64,000 nt of DNA, from positions 89,907 to 153,906 of the forward strand of contig JAZKIU010000001.1 in NCBI GenBank assembly GCA_040384705.1. The letters run 5' to 3'. How positions within the stretch are numbered: the first letter of the stretch is position 1; each line of letters begins with the position of its first letter. This DNA is from Patescibacteria group bacterium. Lineage in GTDB: Bacteria > Patescibacteriota > Minisyncoccia > Phycocordibacterales > Phycocordibacteraceae. This document shows positions 18,447 through 28,487 of this stretch, in pieces. Made by a program: the position numbers and the translations under genes. The notes below the pieces were generated by a model. It was not told the DNA's origin, searched no databases, and worked only from the letters and a program-made list of their open reading frames with translations.

Positions 18447-18917
18447 ATGAGCGAAGGCCTTAATTTCGAGAGGGCACCAAGCAACGAAAACAGCGCGTAT
18501 GAGCCTGGAGCGGAGATGCTGGGCGAGCCAAGCCGCAGTTTCCAGGATTACTCCAATGGGTTTCTCGGGATGGATGGCCTGATAAAGCGCTCCCTCGAGA
18601 AGAAGTCGCTGAGCGAGGAGACTGCGGACGAAGAAACGTTCCGGAGCATCATCAATTCGATACGTGCGCGATACTCGGTCGAAACGGTCGAGGAATATCT
18701 CGAGCATCGCGAGGTGGGTAGCCCTGGCCGCGCAGAACTTGAGGGGGATATGAAGCGGTCGCCGGAACGGGTCGCTGCACTCGATCATGTAGTGGAAATC
18801 CTCAACACCACGGACGATGTAGGGGAATTCAAGCACGCGCTGAACGAAGCGTACCGCTTGAGTAGCGCTAGCTATAATTCTCCGGACCACTACCTCCCGT
18901 TTCCGCACACCGCATAA
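18447..18917 (+). CDS. Hypothetical protein
   Basis: Acidic ORF filling the gap; TATACT 7 nt before ATG 18447. Confidence 0.6.
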   Translation: MSEGLNFERAPSNENSAYEPGAEMLGEPSRSFQDYSNGFLGMDGLIKRSLEKKSLSEETADEETFRSIINSIRARYSVETVEEYLEHREVGSPGRAELEGDMKRSPERVAALDHVVEILNTTDDVGEFKHALNEAYRLSSASYNSPDHYLPFPHTA

Positions 18918-18942
18918 CGATCGCGTGCGCTATCATAGGTGC

Positions 18943-20664
18943 ATGTCCCCTCGCACTCCATCGCGCGGCATGTCGCTCATAGACGTACTCGTCGGTACCG
19001 CAATCACGCTCATCATCTTCCTGGCCCTCTTCGGGCTCCTGCGCGCCTCGTTCCTCGTCTCCTCGCTCGCTAAATCGAAGGCGGTCGCTACCTCGATAGC
19101 GACGAGCCAGATGGAATACGTCCGTTCGCTCCCGTATGACTCGATAGGAACGGTCGGCGGTATCCCTGCGGGCGTCATACCCCAGAACGCAACGACAACT
19201 ATGAACAATCTTTCGTACGGGGTCAGGACCTTCATCCAGTATGTCGACGATCCGGCCGATGGGCTCGCGGCGCTCGACCAGACCGGTATCACCACCGACT
19301 ACAAGCAAGTGAAAGTAACCGTTACGTACTACACGAGCGGCACCGCGCGCGAGGTCGAGCTCATATCGAGCCAGTCACCGGCGGGGCTTGAGACCACGAC
19401 CGGCGGGGGAACGCTGCAGATAAGCGTGGTGGATGCGCTCGGTGCCGCTATCGCAGGCGCGACCGTCGATATAGACAACCCAAGTACGGCGCCTACGGTT
19501 AATCTCACCGCGTTCAGCAACGCCGCCGGGCTCGTGTACCTGCCTGGCGCCGCGACCTCGACCGACTATCGCGTCGTGGTCACGAAGGCCGGGTACTCGA
19601 CCGCGCAGACCTATGCGCGCGATGCGACGAACCAGAATCCGACGCCGGGATACCTGACGGTCGCGCAGAACCAGACGACGGCAAGCACGTTCGCGATAGA
19701 CGTGCTGGCCGCGCTCACCGTCCGCACGTTCTCCCCGATAGTGACGGTGAGCTTTGGGGACACATTCGCTGACAGTTCACTGGTAGCGTCCTTGTCGAAC
19801 ACGGTGGTCTCGGGCGGCTCGGTCATCCTTGGAACGGACGCGGGCGGATACCTTGCGAGCGGTTCCGTGCGGTCGCAGTCGGTCACTCCAACGTATCTCG
19901 CTGGCTGGCTCAACATCGAGGCGACGCGCTCCATTTCAGCGAATACGAACATTCGCGTGCGCGTCGTCGATAGCGCGGGTACACCGCTCCCTGACGCGGT
20001 GCTTTCAGGAAATATTGCAGGCTTCACGGTGTTTCCGATAGACCTGAGTGGCATTTCCACGACGACATACCCGACGCTTGCGCTTGCTGCCGACCTCTCG
20101 ACATCGCTCGCAACCGAGACGCCTTCACTGGGTAGCTGGAACCTGAACTATAGGCGCGGGCCCATACCGCTCCCGAATATCCCGTTCGAGCTTCAGGGCG
20201 CCAAGACGGTGGGGACCACGGGCGCGGGCGCTTCCATATATAAAACGCAGATCACTGACAATACGGGAGCAAGCGCGGCCAAGTCGCTCTCGCTCGAGTG
20301 GGACGCGTACCAGCTCGAGCTTACCGGCTACGACGTCGTGGACGCCTGCGGCATGCCGCCGTACTCGCTCGCGCCAGCCGCAGTCGTCGAGAGCTCCCTC
20401 GTGCTCAGCACCAACACGGCCCACAGCATCCTCGTCGGGGTGCGTGACGCAGGAGGACTGGTCGTGCCGGGCGCGAGCGTCACGCTCGCGCGCACGGGAT
20501 ACAACAGCACCGTCCCCGCGTCTTCTTGCGGTAGCGCCTCGTTCGGCGGACTTACGTCGGCGAACGACTATACGGTCACCATCACGAAGACCGGGTACAC
20601 GACCACCGTATTCACTAACGTCTCCATTTCAGGCGACACTTTCTATGAAGCGACCTTCGATTAA
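18943..20664 (+). CDS. Large minor pilin with prepilin N-terminus and carboxypeptidase-regulatory-like beta-sandwich domains
   Basis: RG|MSLIDVLVG cleavage site; repeated V.D..G..I.GA.V and Y.V.VTK.GY motifs. Confidence 0.8.
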   Translation: MSPRTPSRGMSLIDVLVGTAITLIIFLALFGLLRASFLVSSLAKSKAVATSIATSQMEYVRSLPYDSIGTVGGIPAGVIPQNATTTMNNLSYGVRTFIQYVDDPADGLAALDQTGITTDYKQVKVTVTYYTSGTAREVELISSQSPAGLETTTGGGTLQISVVDALGAAIAGATVDIDNPSTAPTVNLTAFSNAAGLVYLPGAATSTDYRVVVTKAGYSTAQTYARDATNQNPTPGYLTVAQNQTTASTFAIDVLAALTVRTFSPIVTVSFGDTFADSSLVASLSNTVVSGGSVILGTDAGGYLASGSVRSQSVTPTYLAGWLNIEATRSISANTNIRVRVVDSAGTPLPDAVLSGNIAGFTVFPIDLSGISTTTYPTLALAADLSTSLATETPSLGSWNLNYRRGPIPLPNIPFELQGAKTVGTTGAGASIYKTQITDNTGASAAKSLSLEWDAYQLELTGYDVVDACGMPPYSLAPAAVVESSLVLSTNTAHSILVGVRDAGGLVVPGASVTLARTGYNSTVPASSCGSASFGGLTSANDYTVTITKTGYTTTVFTNVSISGDTFYEATFD

Positions 20665-21250
20665 GCCCATGCGCGGGTTCACGCTCGCCGAGACCGTGGT
20701 GGTGGTCGGCATCGTGGCAGTTGCAGGTGCCGCCCTCGTCGGCTCCATCCAGTACTTCTATCGCAGCAATGCGTACATACTCGAGCAGTCCGTCGCGCTC
20801 GATAGCGCACGCCGCGGCCTCGCGCTCACGCTCCAGAACTTCCGCGAAGCGTCCTATGGGGATGATGGCGCATATCTCGTTACGCTCGCCGCGACCTCGA
20901 GCGCGACCTTCTATGCGGATATCGACCAGGACGGCGGTATCGAGCGGGTGCGTGCATACCTCTCGAACGGAACGCTCTATCGAGGTATCACGGGCTCAGC
21001 GGGGAACCCCGCGACTTACGTGGGCCAGCCGGAAACCATAGAGACCGTCGCGACCTATGTGAAGAACGCGACGTCCACGCCGATATTCACGTACTACGGC
21101 TCCGACGGTACCGCGCTCGCGTATCCCATCACCATCTCCCTCATCCGCGCGGTCGGGGTAACGATGGACGTGGATCTCAACCCCAACCGCTTGCCGAACG
21201 TCTTCCGGTTATCCGGAACGGCAACGCTCCGGAACCTGCGTGCCGAGTAG
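20645..21250 (+). CDS. Minor pilin (PilW/GspJ-like)
   Basis: RG|FTLAETVVVVGIV prepilin motif. Confidence 0.82.
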   Translation: MKRPSIKPMRGFTLAETVVVVGIVAVAGAALVGSIQYFYRSNAYILEQSVALDSARRGLALTLQNFREASYGDDGAYLVTLAATSSATFYADIDQDGGIERVRAYLSNGTLYRGITGSAGNPATYVGQPETIETVATYVKNATSTPIFTYYGSDGTALAYPITISLIRAVGVTMDVDLNPNRLPNVFRLSGTATLRNLRAE

Positions 21251-21251
21251 T

Positions 21252-22685
21252 ATGGAAGGTATGCGCACCCGTCCTCCACGCGGATATCTCCTCCTTCTCG
21301 GCCTCGTCTTCGGCGCGATATTCCTTACCGTGCTCGGGAGCCTCGCGAGCTTCGTGCTGACCGAGAACCGTCTGCAGAACGTGAGCACGGAGCGCGCCCG
21401 CGCCTTCTCGCTCGCGGAGGCGGGGCTCGAATACTACCGCTGGTTCCTCGCGCACTATCCGGGCAATCTCACGAACGGGACGGGTGTCCCGGGTCCCTAT
21501 GTCCTTTCATACAACGATCCGGAAGGCGGGACGGCAGGCACCGTCACGCTCGCGGTCACCGGCAACCTCGCCTGCGGCCAGGTGACCTCTATAGATCTCG
21601 CTTCTACCGGGCAGCCCACCGGAAGCAATGTCTCCCGCACCATTTCCGTACGCTACACCCGTCCCACGGTGGGGCAGTACTCCTATATATTGAATGACAC
21701 CGTATGGGCGGGCTCCGACCGCGTCATCAGCGGCCCGTACCATAGCAATGGCGGCGTTCGCATGGACGGCACGGCGAACGCGCCGGTGACGAGCTCGCTC
21801 TCGAGCTGGCTATGCACCTCATCGTTCGGCTGCAGCCCGAACTCGACCGAGGATGGGGTATTCGGTGCGGGGCCGAACCAGACGCTGTGGAGCTACCCCA
21901 CGCCTCAAGTGAACTTCGCGGGCATCGCCGCCGACTTCTCGGCGCTCAAGACCGCGGCGCAGACGCAAAGCATGTTGTATTTCGCACGTACGAGCGTGGG
22001 CTCGAACAATACCCAGGCGAACTACTGGAACGGCTACCGCCTCATCTTCAACGCAGCGGGCACCGTGACGGTGCGACGGGTTACCGGTACGACGAACCTT
22101 ACCTCGACCGCGCTCAATACCGCGGAAGACGCGTTGCATGACCGCGCGCTCGTGACCACCGACACGCTCGTGGGGACGTACCAGATACCGGATACGTGCG
22201 GGCTTATCTTCGTGGAGGACAACGTGTGGCTCGAAGGGACGATAACGAAGAAGGTGACAGTCGTGGCGGCGAACGTCGTCGATGCCGGCATCGCGCCTAA
22301 CGCATACCTCAAGAACAACATCGTGTACCAGGCGACCGATGGCACGGACGGGCTCACGGTCATCGCGGAAGATAACGTGCTTATCACGCCGGACTCGCCG
22401 AATACCATGACGCTCAACGGCATCTTCATCGCACAGGGTGGCGCGTTCGGCCGCAACTACTACAGCGGATGCTCTGCTTCATACGAACCCAAGACGACGC
22501 TCACCATCCGCGGGACCACGGTGTCGAGCAAGCGAACGGGTACGAAGTGGATGGGCGGCTGCTCGAATTATGCCGGCTATGGCACTCGTATCGATGCGTA
22601 CGATAGGCAGCTCGCGACGAATCCGCCGCCGTTCACGCCGGTGGTGAGCAATGACTACCAGTTCGTGGATTGGAGGGAGGAATAA
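21252..22685 (+). CDS. Minor pilin (PilX/GspK-like)
   Basis: RG|YLLLLGLV lacking E5; AFSLAEAGLE PilX N-terminal motif. Confidence 0.75.
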   Translation: MEGMRTRPPRGYLLLLGLVFGAIFLTVLGSLASFVLTENRLQNVSTERARAFSLAEAGLEYYRWFLAHYPGNLTNGTGVPGPYVLSYNDPEGGTAGTVTLAVTGNLACGQVTSIDLASTGQPTGSNVSRTISVRYTRPTVGQYSYILNDTVWAGSDRVISGPYHSNGGVRMDGTANAPVTSSLSSWLCTSSFGCSPNSTEDGVFGAGPNQTLWSYPTPQVNFAGIAADFSALKTAAQTQSMLYFARTSVGSNNTQANYWNGYRLIFNAAGTVTVRRVTGTTNLTSTALNTAEDALHDRALVTTDTLVGTYQIPDTCGLIFVEDNVWLEGTITKKVTVVAANVVDAGIAPNAYLKNNIVYQATDGTDGLTVIAEDNVLITPDSPNTMTLNGIFIAQGGAFGRNYYSGCSASYEPKTTLTIRGTTVSSKRTGTKWMGGCSNYAGYGTRIDAYDRQLATNPPPFTPVVSNDYQFVDWREE

Positions 22686-22780
22686 TACCCCTCGTTCTGA
22701 ACGAGCAGAGAGGAAGAGTTGATTTCGAAGACGATATAGTGCGTAATGCTTTTGGATACTTCTCGAGGAGAGGGTAAGTC

Positions 22781-23236
22781 ATGCGAGTACTCGGGGCAGT
22801 CGAAGAACGAAGGCAGGCCCTCCTTCGGAATGGAGCTCATCATCGCGCTAAATATATACGGGACACGCTGAGGGAGAAGAAGGCCGAGAATTCCGAGCTT
22901 CAAGGACTACGTTTGGAATTCATCGAGACGGAATTACTTACCAACCTTGCGCGGCTCGAAGAAATTAGGGTTGCGCGTCAAACTGGACACGGTCGAGCCT
23001 TCGAGCCGAACGCTTTCGTTATTAACGCGTATGGCTATACCGGTCCAGCGATATGCCGAGCGGTGTGCCCATTCGATGGGAAAAGCATCATGCTCATCGT
23101 ACGGGGCCACTCGGCCATCAAGTATGAAGTGCTCGGGTTGCAGGCATGCGCCCTCGATGCCGTGAACCTCATACTCAAGCTTGGCTTGTTGCAAGGCTGG
23201 CCATCGAACGAGCCGCCATCAATTCGCGGGCACTAA
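22781..23236 (+). CDS. Hypothetical protein
   Basis: GAGGAG SD; hairpin at 23243-23264. Confidence 0.5.
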   Translation: MRVLGAVEERRQALLRNGAHHRAKYIRDTLREKKAENSELQGLRLEFIETELLTNLARLEEIRVARQTGHGRAFEPNAFVINAYGYTGPAICRAVCPFDGKSIMLIVRGHSAIKYEVLGLQACALDAVNLILKLGLLQGWPSNEPPSIRGH

Positions 23237-23297
23237 GGACAGGGCGGTCGCGCAAGCGGCCGCCTTTTCATATCGCCGACCTGGTATCATGAGGGGC

Positions 23298-24038
23298 ATG
23301 CTCATCGTCTCTAATTGGAAGGCGTACGTGGAAAGGACGGAGAAAGCCAAGGCGCTCCTCGCTACCGCTAATCGTCTTGCGGGGAAGGGTGCGCACGAAC
23401 TCGTGCTCGCGCCACCTGCGCCGTTCCTCGGGCTATTAGCGTCCGGCAGGTCCAAGGCGAAGTTCGCGGCGCAGGATATATCGCTCACGACCGGTGGGGC
23501 GCAGACCGGAGAAGTCACTGCAGCAGCTGCAGCAGGCGCAGGAGCTTCATACATAATCGTCGGGCACTCCGAGCGTCGTGCGGGAGGGGAGAACGATAGC
23601 CAAGTGCTCGAGAAGGTTCGGCACGCGCTCGCGCACAGGCTTACCCCCATCCTCTGCATCGGGGAACGGGAGCGTGACGAGGACGCGCGGTACCTGAAGC
23701 ATATACGCGAGCAGATAGCTGCGGTGTTCAGCCAACTCACTCCCAAAGAGCGCCTTTCCATAGTCATCGCGTACGAACCTATATGGGCCATCGGGAAAGC
23801 GGCGAGCGAAGCGATAACGCCGCCCGACCTCGGAGAGCTCGTCCTATATATACGCAAGGTGCTCGGTGACTACATCCCCGGTAAGGCGAACCAGAAGGTA
23901 CGTGTCCTCTATGGCGGTTCGGTAGAGCCCACGAACATCCGGCAGCTCGCGAGCGGTAGCGGGGTGGACGGATTCCTCATCGGTCACGCGAGCGTGGATG
24001 TTCCGACATACGGCGCGCTCGTAAAAGCGATTTCATAA
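23298..24038 (+). CDS. tpiA: Triosephosphate isomerase
   Basis: NWK, GHSERR, AYEPIWAIG and YGGSV motifs. Confidence 0.95.
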   Translation: MLIVSNWKAYVERTEKAKALLATANRLAGKGAHELVLAPPAPFLGLLASGRSKAKFAAQDISLTTGGAQTGEVTAAAAAGAGASYIIVGHSERRAGGENDSQVLEKVRHALAHRLTPILCIGERERDEDARYLKHIREQIAAVFSQLTPKERLSIVIAYEPIWAIGKAASEAITPPDLGELVLYIRKVLGDYIPGKANQKVRVLYGGSVEPTNIRQLASGSGVDGFLIGHASVDVPTYGALVKAIS

Positions 24039-24092
24039 TCTTGCCTCTCTCGAGTCGTGGTGTATTGTCACTACGGAAACAGGGGGAGCGTC

Positions 24093-24419
24093 ATGGGAAA
24101 TAAGCGAAGGGCGATCCGCAATCTCGAGGAGCTGTTCGAATCGTTGCATGGAGACGTGTCGCATGAGATATCGTGGGGCTACGAAACGTGGCCGTCGATA
24201 ATGCACGCGTGCATTGCAACGGCGTTCTTCGATGGCCCGTTCAAGAGAGCGATTCGGGACGCAGGAACGGTAGAGCAGGCGCAGAAATGCGCGAGGCATC
24301 TTTTCAAGCTACATCCGGAAGTCGTGGTGCCTGCGAAAGAACGCCTATTCCAGCTGCAGGGCTTACTGCAGGTGTGGCAAGATTCGTGTGCAGGGAGGGT
24401 ATCGGAAGCGGCGGGATGA
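24093..24419 (+). CDS. Hypothetical protein
   Basis: GGGGGAG SD; hairpin GGCGGGA/TCCCGCC plus T-tract at the stop. Confidence 0.55.
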   Translation: MGNKRRAIRNLEELFESLHGDVSHEISWGYETWPSIMHACIATAFFDGPFKRAIRDAGTVEQAQKCARHLFKLHPEVVVPAKERLFQLQGLLQVWQDSCAGRVSEAAG

Positions 24420-24458
24420 CTCCCGCCGTTTTTCTTTATGCGCGGTATCATGGGACTC

Positions 24459-25592
24459 ATGAAAACGCTGCGCGACATCAAGCATCTTGAGAACGTACCG
24501 GTATTGGTGCGTGCTGCGCTCAACGTGCCGGTCGCGGACGGGAAGGTGACCAACACATTCCGGCTTCGTAGCGCACTAGCGACCATCGAGTTCCTTAGGA
24601 CGCGACACGCTCGGGTGATCCTCATCGGGCACATCGGCGACAAAGGAACGGAAACGCTCCATCCGGTATACGAAGCGATGAAGGAATTCATCCCGAGCAT
24701 ACAGTTCTGCGAGAACGCGACAGGACCCGTCGCACGCCAGGCCGTGCGCGATACGGTCCCGGGCGATGTGCTCATGCTCGAGAACCTGCGGCGCGATACG
24801 GGGGAGAAGGAGAATGACCCGGCGTTCGCGGCGGAACTAGCCTCGCTCGCGGACGTGTTCGTACAGGACTCGTTCGATGTCTGCCATCGTGCGCACGCGT
24901 CGGTCGTGGGAGTGACGGAGCTCCTTCCTTCATATGCTGGCTTCCAGGTGGAGAAGGAGGTGACGGAGCTCACCAAAGCACTTAACCCGAAGCGTCCCTC
25001 GCTCGCTATCATGGGCGGTGCGAAGTTCTCCACGAAGGAGCCGGTGCTCGCCATGCTCCTTACGTCATACGACCATGTGTTCGTGGGCGGCGCCCTCGCG
25101 AACGATTTCATGCAGGCGAAGGGCGAGCCAGTGGGCGCGTCGCTCGTCTCGGGTGCGGACCACAGCGCGCTCAAGAAGATACTTGAGAACCCGAAACTGA
25201 AACTGCCCGTCGACTACGTCGTCGCGAAGGTGGGAAGCAGGCGCGAGGACGGGCACCTCTCGGGCGTGACGGTCGTCGCCCCGAACGAGGCGATACTCGA
25301 TGATGGTCCCAGGACCGTCGAGCTTCTGGGCGAGCTCATAGGGAAGGCGAAGACTGTCCTTTGGAATGGTCCGCTCGGTAATTACGAAAAAGGATTCACG
25401 GAGGGAACGGAAGCGCTCGTGCGCATCATCGCGCAGTCGAATGCGCACTCGATAATCGGTGGCGGGGACACCATCGCTGCGATAGAGAAGCTCGGGCTCG
25501 ATGACCGTATCTCGTTCGTCTCGACCGGAGGAGGCGCGATGCTCGATTTCCTCGCGGACGGCTCGCTTCCTGGTATCGACGCGCTTCGTTAG
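24459..25592 (+). CDS. pgk: Phosphoglycerate kinase
   Basis: LNVP, ENLR, HRAHAS, GGAK, WNGPLG, GGGDT and STGGGA motifs. Confidence 0.93.
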   Translation: MKTLRDIKHLENVPVLVRAALNVPVADGKVTNTFRLRSALATIEFLRTRHARVILIGHIGDKGTETLHPVYEAMKEFIPSIQFCENATGPVARQAVRDTVPGDVLMLENLRRDTGEKENDPAFAAELASLADVFVQDSFDVCHRAHASVVGVTELLPSYAGFQVEKEVTELTKALNPKRPSLAIMGGAKFSTKEPVLAMLLTSYDHVFVGGALANDFMQAKGEPVGASLVSGADHSALKKILENPKLKLPVDYVVAKVGSRREDGHLSGVTVVAPNEAILDDGPRTVELLGELIGKAKTVLWNGPLGNYEKGFTEGTEALVRIIAQSNAHSIIGGGDTIAAIEKLGLDDRISFVSTGGGAMLDFLADGSLPGIDALR

Positions 25593-26002
25593 CTAATTAG
25601 CTTCGCTCGAAGCCGCTCCGCAAGGGCTTCCGCTTCACCGTCCTCATATTTTCCTTGAGGGAAGTGCGTAAAGCCATCGCCTTCGTGGCGCGGGATGAGG
25701 TGTACATGCGTATGGAATACGACCTGGCCTGCAGCTGGTTCGTTATTCATCGCGATATTGAGCCCGCCCGCTCCCACCGCTTCCTTAATGATGGGAGCGA
25801 GCTTATGCGCAGTACGCATGACCGCGAGCCAGGAGTCTTCAGTGATATCGAGGATGTTGCGGGAGTGCTCCTTCGGGATGACGAGCGTATGGCCGGGGTT
25901 ATTCGGTGCGATATCAAGGAATGCGAGCGTATCCTCATCCTCATAGATGATATTCGCTGGTATCTCGCGGCTGAGTATCCTCTCGAAAATAGTCGGTTCC
26001 AT
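25589..26002 (-). CDS. HIT family protein (HinT-like)
   Basis: TIFERI, AFLDIAP, GHTLVIPK and GQVVFHTHVHLIPR motifs. Confidence 0.92.
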   Translation of the reverse strand: MEPTIFERILSREIPANIIYEDEDTLAFLDIAPNNPGHTLVIPKEHSRNILDITEDSWLAVMRTAHKLAPIIKEAVGAGGLNIAMNNEPAAGQVVFHTHVHLIPRHEGDGFTHFPQGKYEDGEAEALAERLRAKLIS

Positions 26003-26048
26003 ATGCTCAAGGATACGACAGGTCCGGCTTTTGATACAATGCGCCCAC

Positions 26049-27770
26049 ATGTTCCCGCTCCATGATCCCCTTGATGAGAAGTCGCGTGATATGCTCCGCG
26101 CATACGATGATTTCACGGCGTCACTTCTGGCGAGGAGAGGGATAACGACCGCTGAGGAAGCTGAAGCGTTCCTCTCGCCTTCGTACGACGAGCATATCCA
26201 TGACCCGATGCTCATGGTGGATATGCCGAAGGCCGCGGAGCGCCTCGCGCGCGCGATAAACGGAAAGGAGCGCATAACCGTGTGGAGCGATTATGACTGC
26301 GACGGCATACCGGGAGGCGTCGTGCTCCATGATTTCCTCAAGAAAGCGGGAGCTACTTTCACGAACTATATCCCGCACCGCCACCTCGAAGGGTACGGAA
26401 TGAATATTCCTGGTATCGAGAAGCTCGCGCAGGAAGGGACGAAGCTCATTGTTACAGTCGATGTGGGCATCGTCGACAACGAGGCGGTAGCGCGCGCGAA
26501 CGAGCTCGGCATAGATGTCATCGTCACCGACCACCATTTGCCGTCGGGCGATCTTCCTCCGGCATACGCGGTAGTGGATCCGAAGGCCCGAGAGGATGAG
26601 ACGTATCCGTTCAAGGATCTGTGCGGCGGCGGCATCGCATGGAAGCTCGCGTGCGCGACGCTGCAGCACGGCTTCGCTGGAAGGGAGGATATCGCGCCCG
26701 GTTGGGAGAAATGGCTCCTTGATATGGCGGGGCTCTCGACCATAGCTGACATGGTGCCGCTCCGGGGAGAGAACCGGGTCATCGCGAAGTACGGGCTCAT
26801 GGTGATGCGGAAGTCGCCGCGCCTCGGCCTCCAGCGACTATGCAAAGTCGCGCGCGTGGACCAGAAGCGCATCACGGAGGACGATGTCGGTTTCATGATC
26901 GCGCCGAGGGTAAACGCAGCGTCACGAATGGGCGACCCGCGTGATGCGTTCCGTCTCTTCACTACGGAGAGCGAGAGCGAGGCGGACGAGCTCGCGAAGC
27001 TGCTCGAGGCGACGAACCGTTCCAGGCGTGCGGTCGCGGGCGCAACGACGAAGGCGGTGCACGAACGTATCGAGAAAAGGAAGCAAGAGGGAGAGCTTCC
27101 GACCGTCATCGTTATGGGGGATCCGGATTGGCGTCCGGGACTTCTGGGACTCGTCGCGAACGGCATCGCGGAAGAATACAGCCGTCCGGTATTCCTCTGG
27201 GGTCGCGAAGGGAACGAGACGCTTAAGGGCTCGTGCCGTGCCGGAGGGAAGACAAGTGTGAACGAGCTCATGCACGCCGCGACCGATGCATTCATCGAGT
27301 TCGGTGGGCACGCCGCGTCGGGCGGATTCTCCCTCGCGCCTGACAAGGTATTCGATCTTGAGGCACGCCTCGTCGAAGCGCTCGCCACGCTTCCGAAGCA
27401 CGATGCGGAAGAATCGAGAGCGGATGCGCACCTCACCACTGATCAGGTGTCGGTGAAGACTCTTCTTTCGCTCGAACGGTTCGCGCCATTCGGTATGGGC
27501 AACGGCAAACCAGCGTTCGCGCTCTCGCACGTAGAGCTCTCGGAAGTCTCTTGGTTCGGGAAGGCGGGAGAGCACTTGCGCGTGAAGCTGCTGCGGGACG
27601 AGTTCGGGAGCGACACCATCGAAGCCATTTCTTTCTATGCGAGGCGAGAGCTCGGAAGTTCGTGCGATGCTCTCGCTGTGGGTGCTCGTGCATCACTGCT
27701 CGTGCATCTTGAGCGCGACACCTTCTCTCGGGGCCAGCCCGTGCGATTGCGCATTATTGACATCCGATAG
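26049..27770 (+). CDS. recJ: ssDNA-specific exonuclease RecJ
   Basis: DYDCDG, TVDVG, TDHH, TIADMVPL, PRVNAASR and FGGH motifs. Confidence 0.95.
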   Translation: MFPLHDPLDEKSRDMLRAYDDFTASLLARRGITTAEEAEAFLSPSYDEHIHDPMLMVDMPKAAERLARAINGKERITVWSDYDCDGIPGGVVLHDFLKKAGATFTNYIPHRHLEGYGMNIPGIEKLAQEGTKLIVTVDVGIVDNEAVARANELGIDVIVTDHHLPSGDLPPAYAVVDPKAREDETYPFKDLCGGGIAWKLACATLQHGFAGREDIAPGWEKWLLDMAGLSTIADMVPLRGENRVIAKYGLMVMRKSPRLGLQRLCKVARVDQKRITEDDVGFMIAPRVNAASRMGDPRDAFRLFTTESESEADELAKLLEATNRSRRAVAGATTKAVHERIEKRKQEGELPTVIVMGDPDWRPGLLGLVANGIAEEYSRPVFLWGREGNETLKGSCRAGGKTSVNELMHAATDAFIEFGGHAASGGFSLAPDKVFDLEARLVEALATLPKHDAEESRADAHLTTDQVSVKTLLSLERFAPFGMGNGKPAFALSHVELSEVSWFGKAGEHLRVKLLRDEFGSDTIEAISFYARRELGSSCDALAVGARASLLVHLERDTFSRGQPVRLRIIDIR

Positions 27771-27808
27771 GAGCGGGCGTTGTATGGGGAAGGCAGGAGG
27801 GATTTCCC

Positions 27809-27955
27809 ATGTTCATGTTTAAGGAATGCAGGTACCCGTTCCAGATTCTCATCGCCGAGCTCGGCGTCTTCCACGAGTGGGCGTTGTCAGGTTTCAAGAA
27901 GCCGGAAAAACCTGAGGACCCTGTGCGGGAGGAAGAATGTGCGCTCCTCAAATGA
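27809..27955 (+). CDS. Small hypothetical protein (48 aa)
   Basis: AGGAGG SD 8 nt upstream; hairpin at 27960-27983; below the size cutoff of the ORF track. Confidence 0.4.
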   Translation: MFMFKECRYPFQILIAELGVFHEWALSGFKKPEKPEDPVREEECALLK

Positions 27956-28008
27956 GGATACCGCCCGCGCTCGCGCGGGCGGTTCTCATTGCTTGGTATA
28001 CTCGAGCA

Positions 28009-28431
28009 ATGCATTTCACGCTCTATGCAGATGGTGGTGCCCGCGGGAACCCGGGACCCGCAGGCGCAGGCTCTGTCGTCTTCGACTCGCTCGGCAAGCG
28101 CGTGGTCGAGGTCTCGGACTACCTCGGGGTCGCGACCAATAACATCGCAGAGTACGAGGCGGTCATCCGCGGGCTCACCGCTCTTTCGAACGAATACCCC
28201 CCCGAGATACTGAAGTCGACCCCGCTCACCATCCGTATGGACTCCAAGCTGGTCATCGAGCAGCTCAAAGGCAACTACAAAGTGAAGCATCCGAACCTTG
28301 TTCCACGGCATTTGATACTCAAGAATCTCCTCGCACGCTCCTTCGGAGATGTTTCATTCGAGCATGTGTACCGGGAGAAGAACAAGGATGCCGACGAACT
28401 CGCCAATATCGCGATGGATAGGGGTCATTAA
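28009..28431 (+). CDS. rnhA: Ribonuclease HI family protein
   Basis: DGGARGNPG, TNNIAEY, DSKLV and N..ADELAN motifs. Confidence 0.92.
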   Translation: MHFTLYADGGARGNPGPAGAGSVVFDSLGKRVVEVSDYLGVATNNIAEYEAVIRGLTALSNEYPPEILKSTPLTIRMDSKLVIEQLKGNYKVKHPNLVPRHLILKNLLARSFGDVSFEHVYREKNKDADELANIAMDRGH

Positions 28432-28487
28432 AGCCGGTTTCATACTTCCTCCAGCTTTTCATCATATTTGTTTCCTAGAATAGCTAC

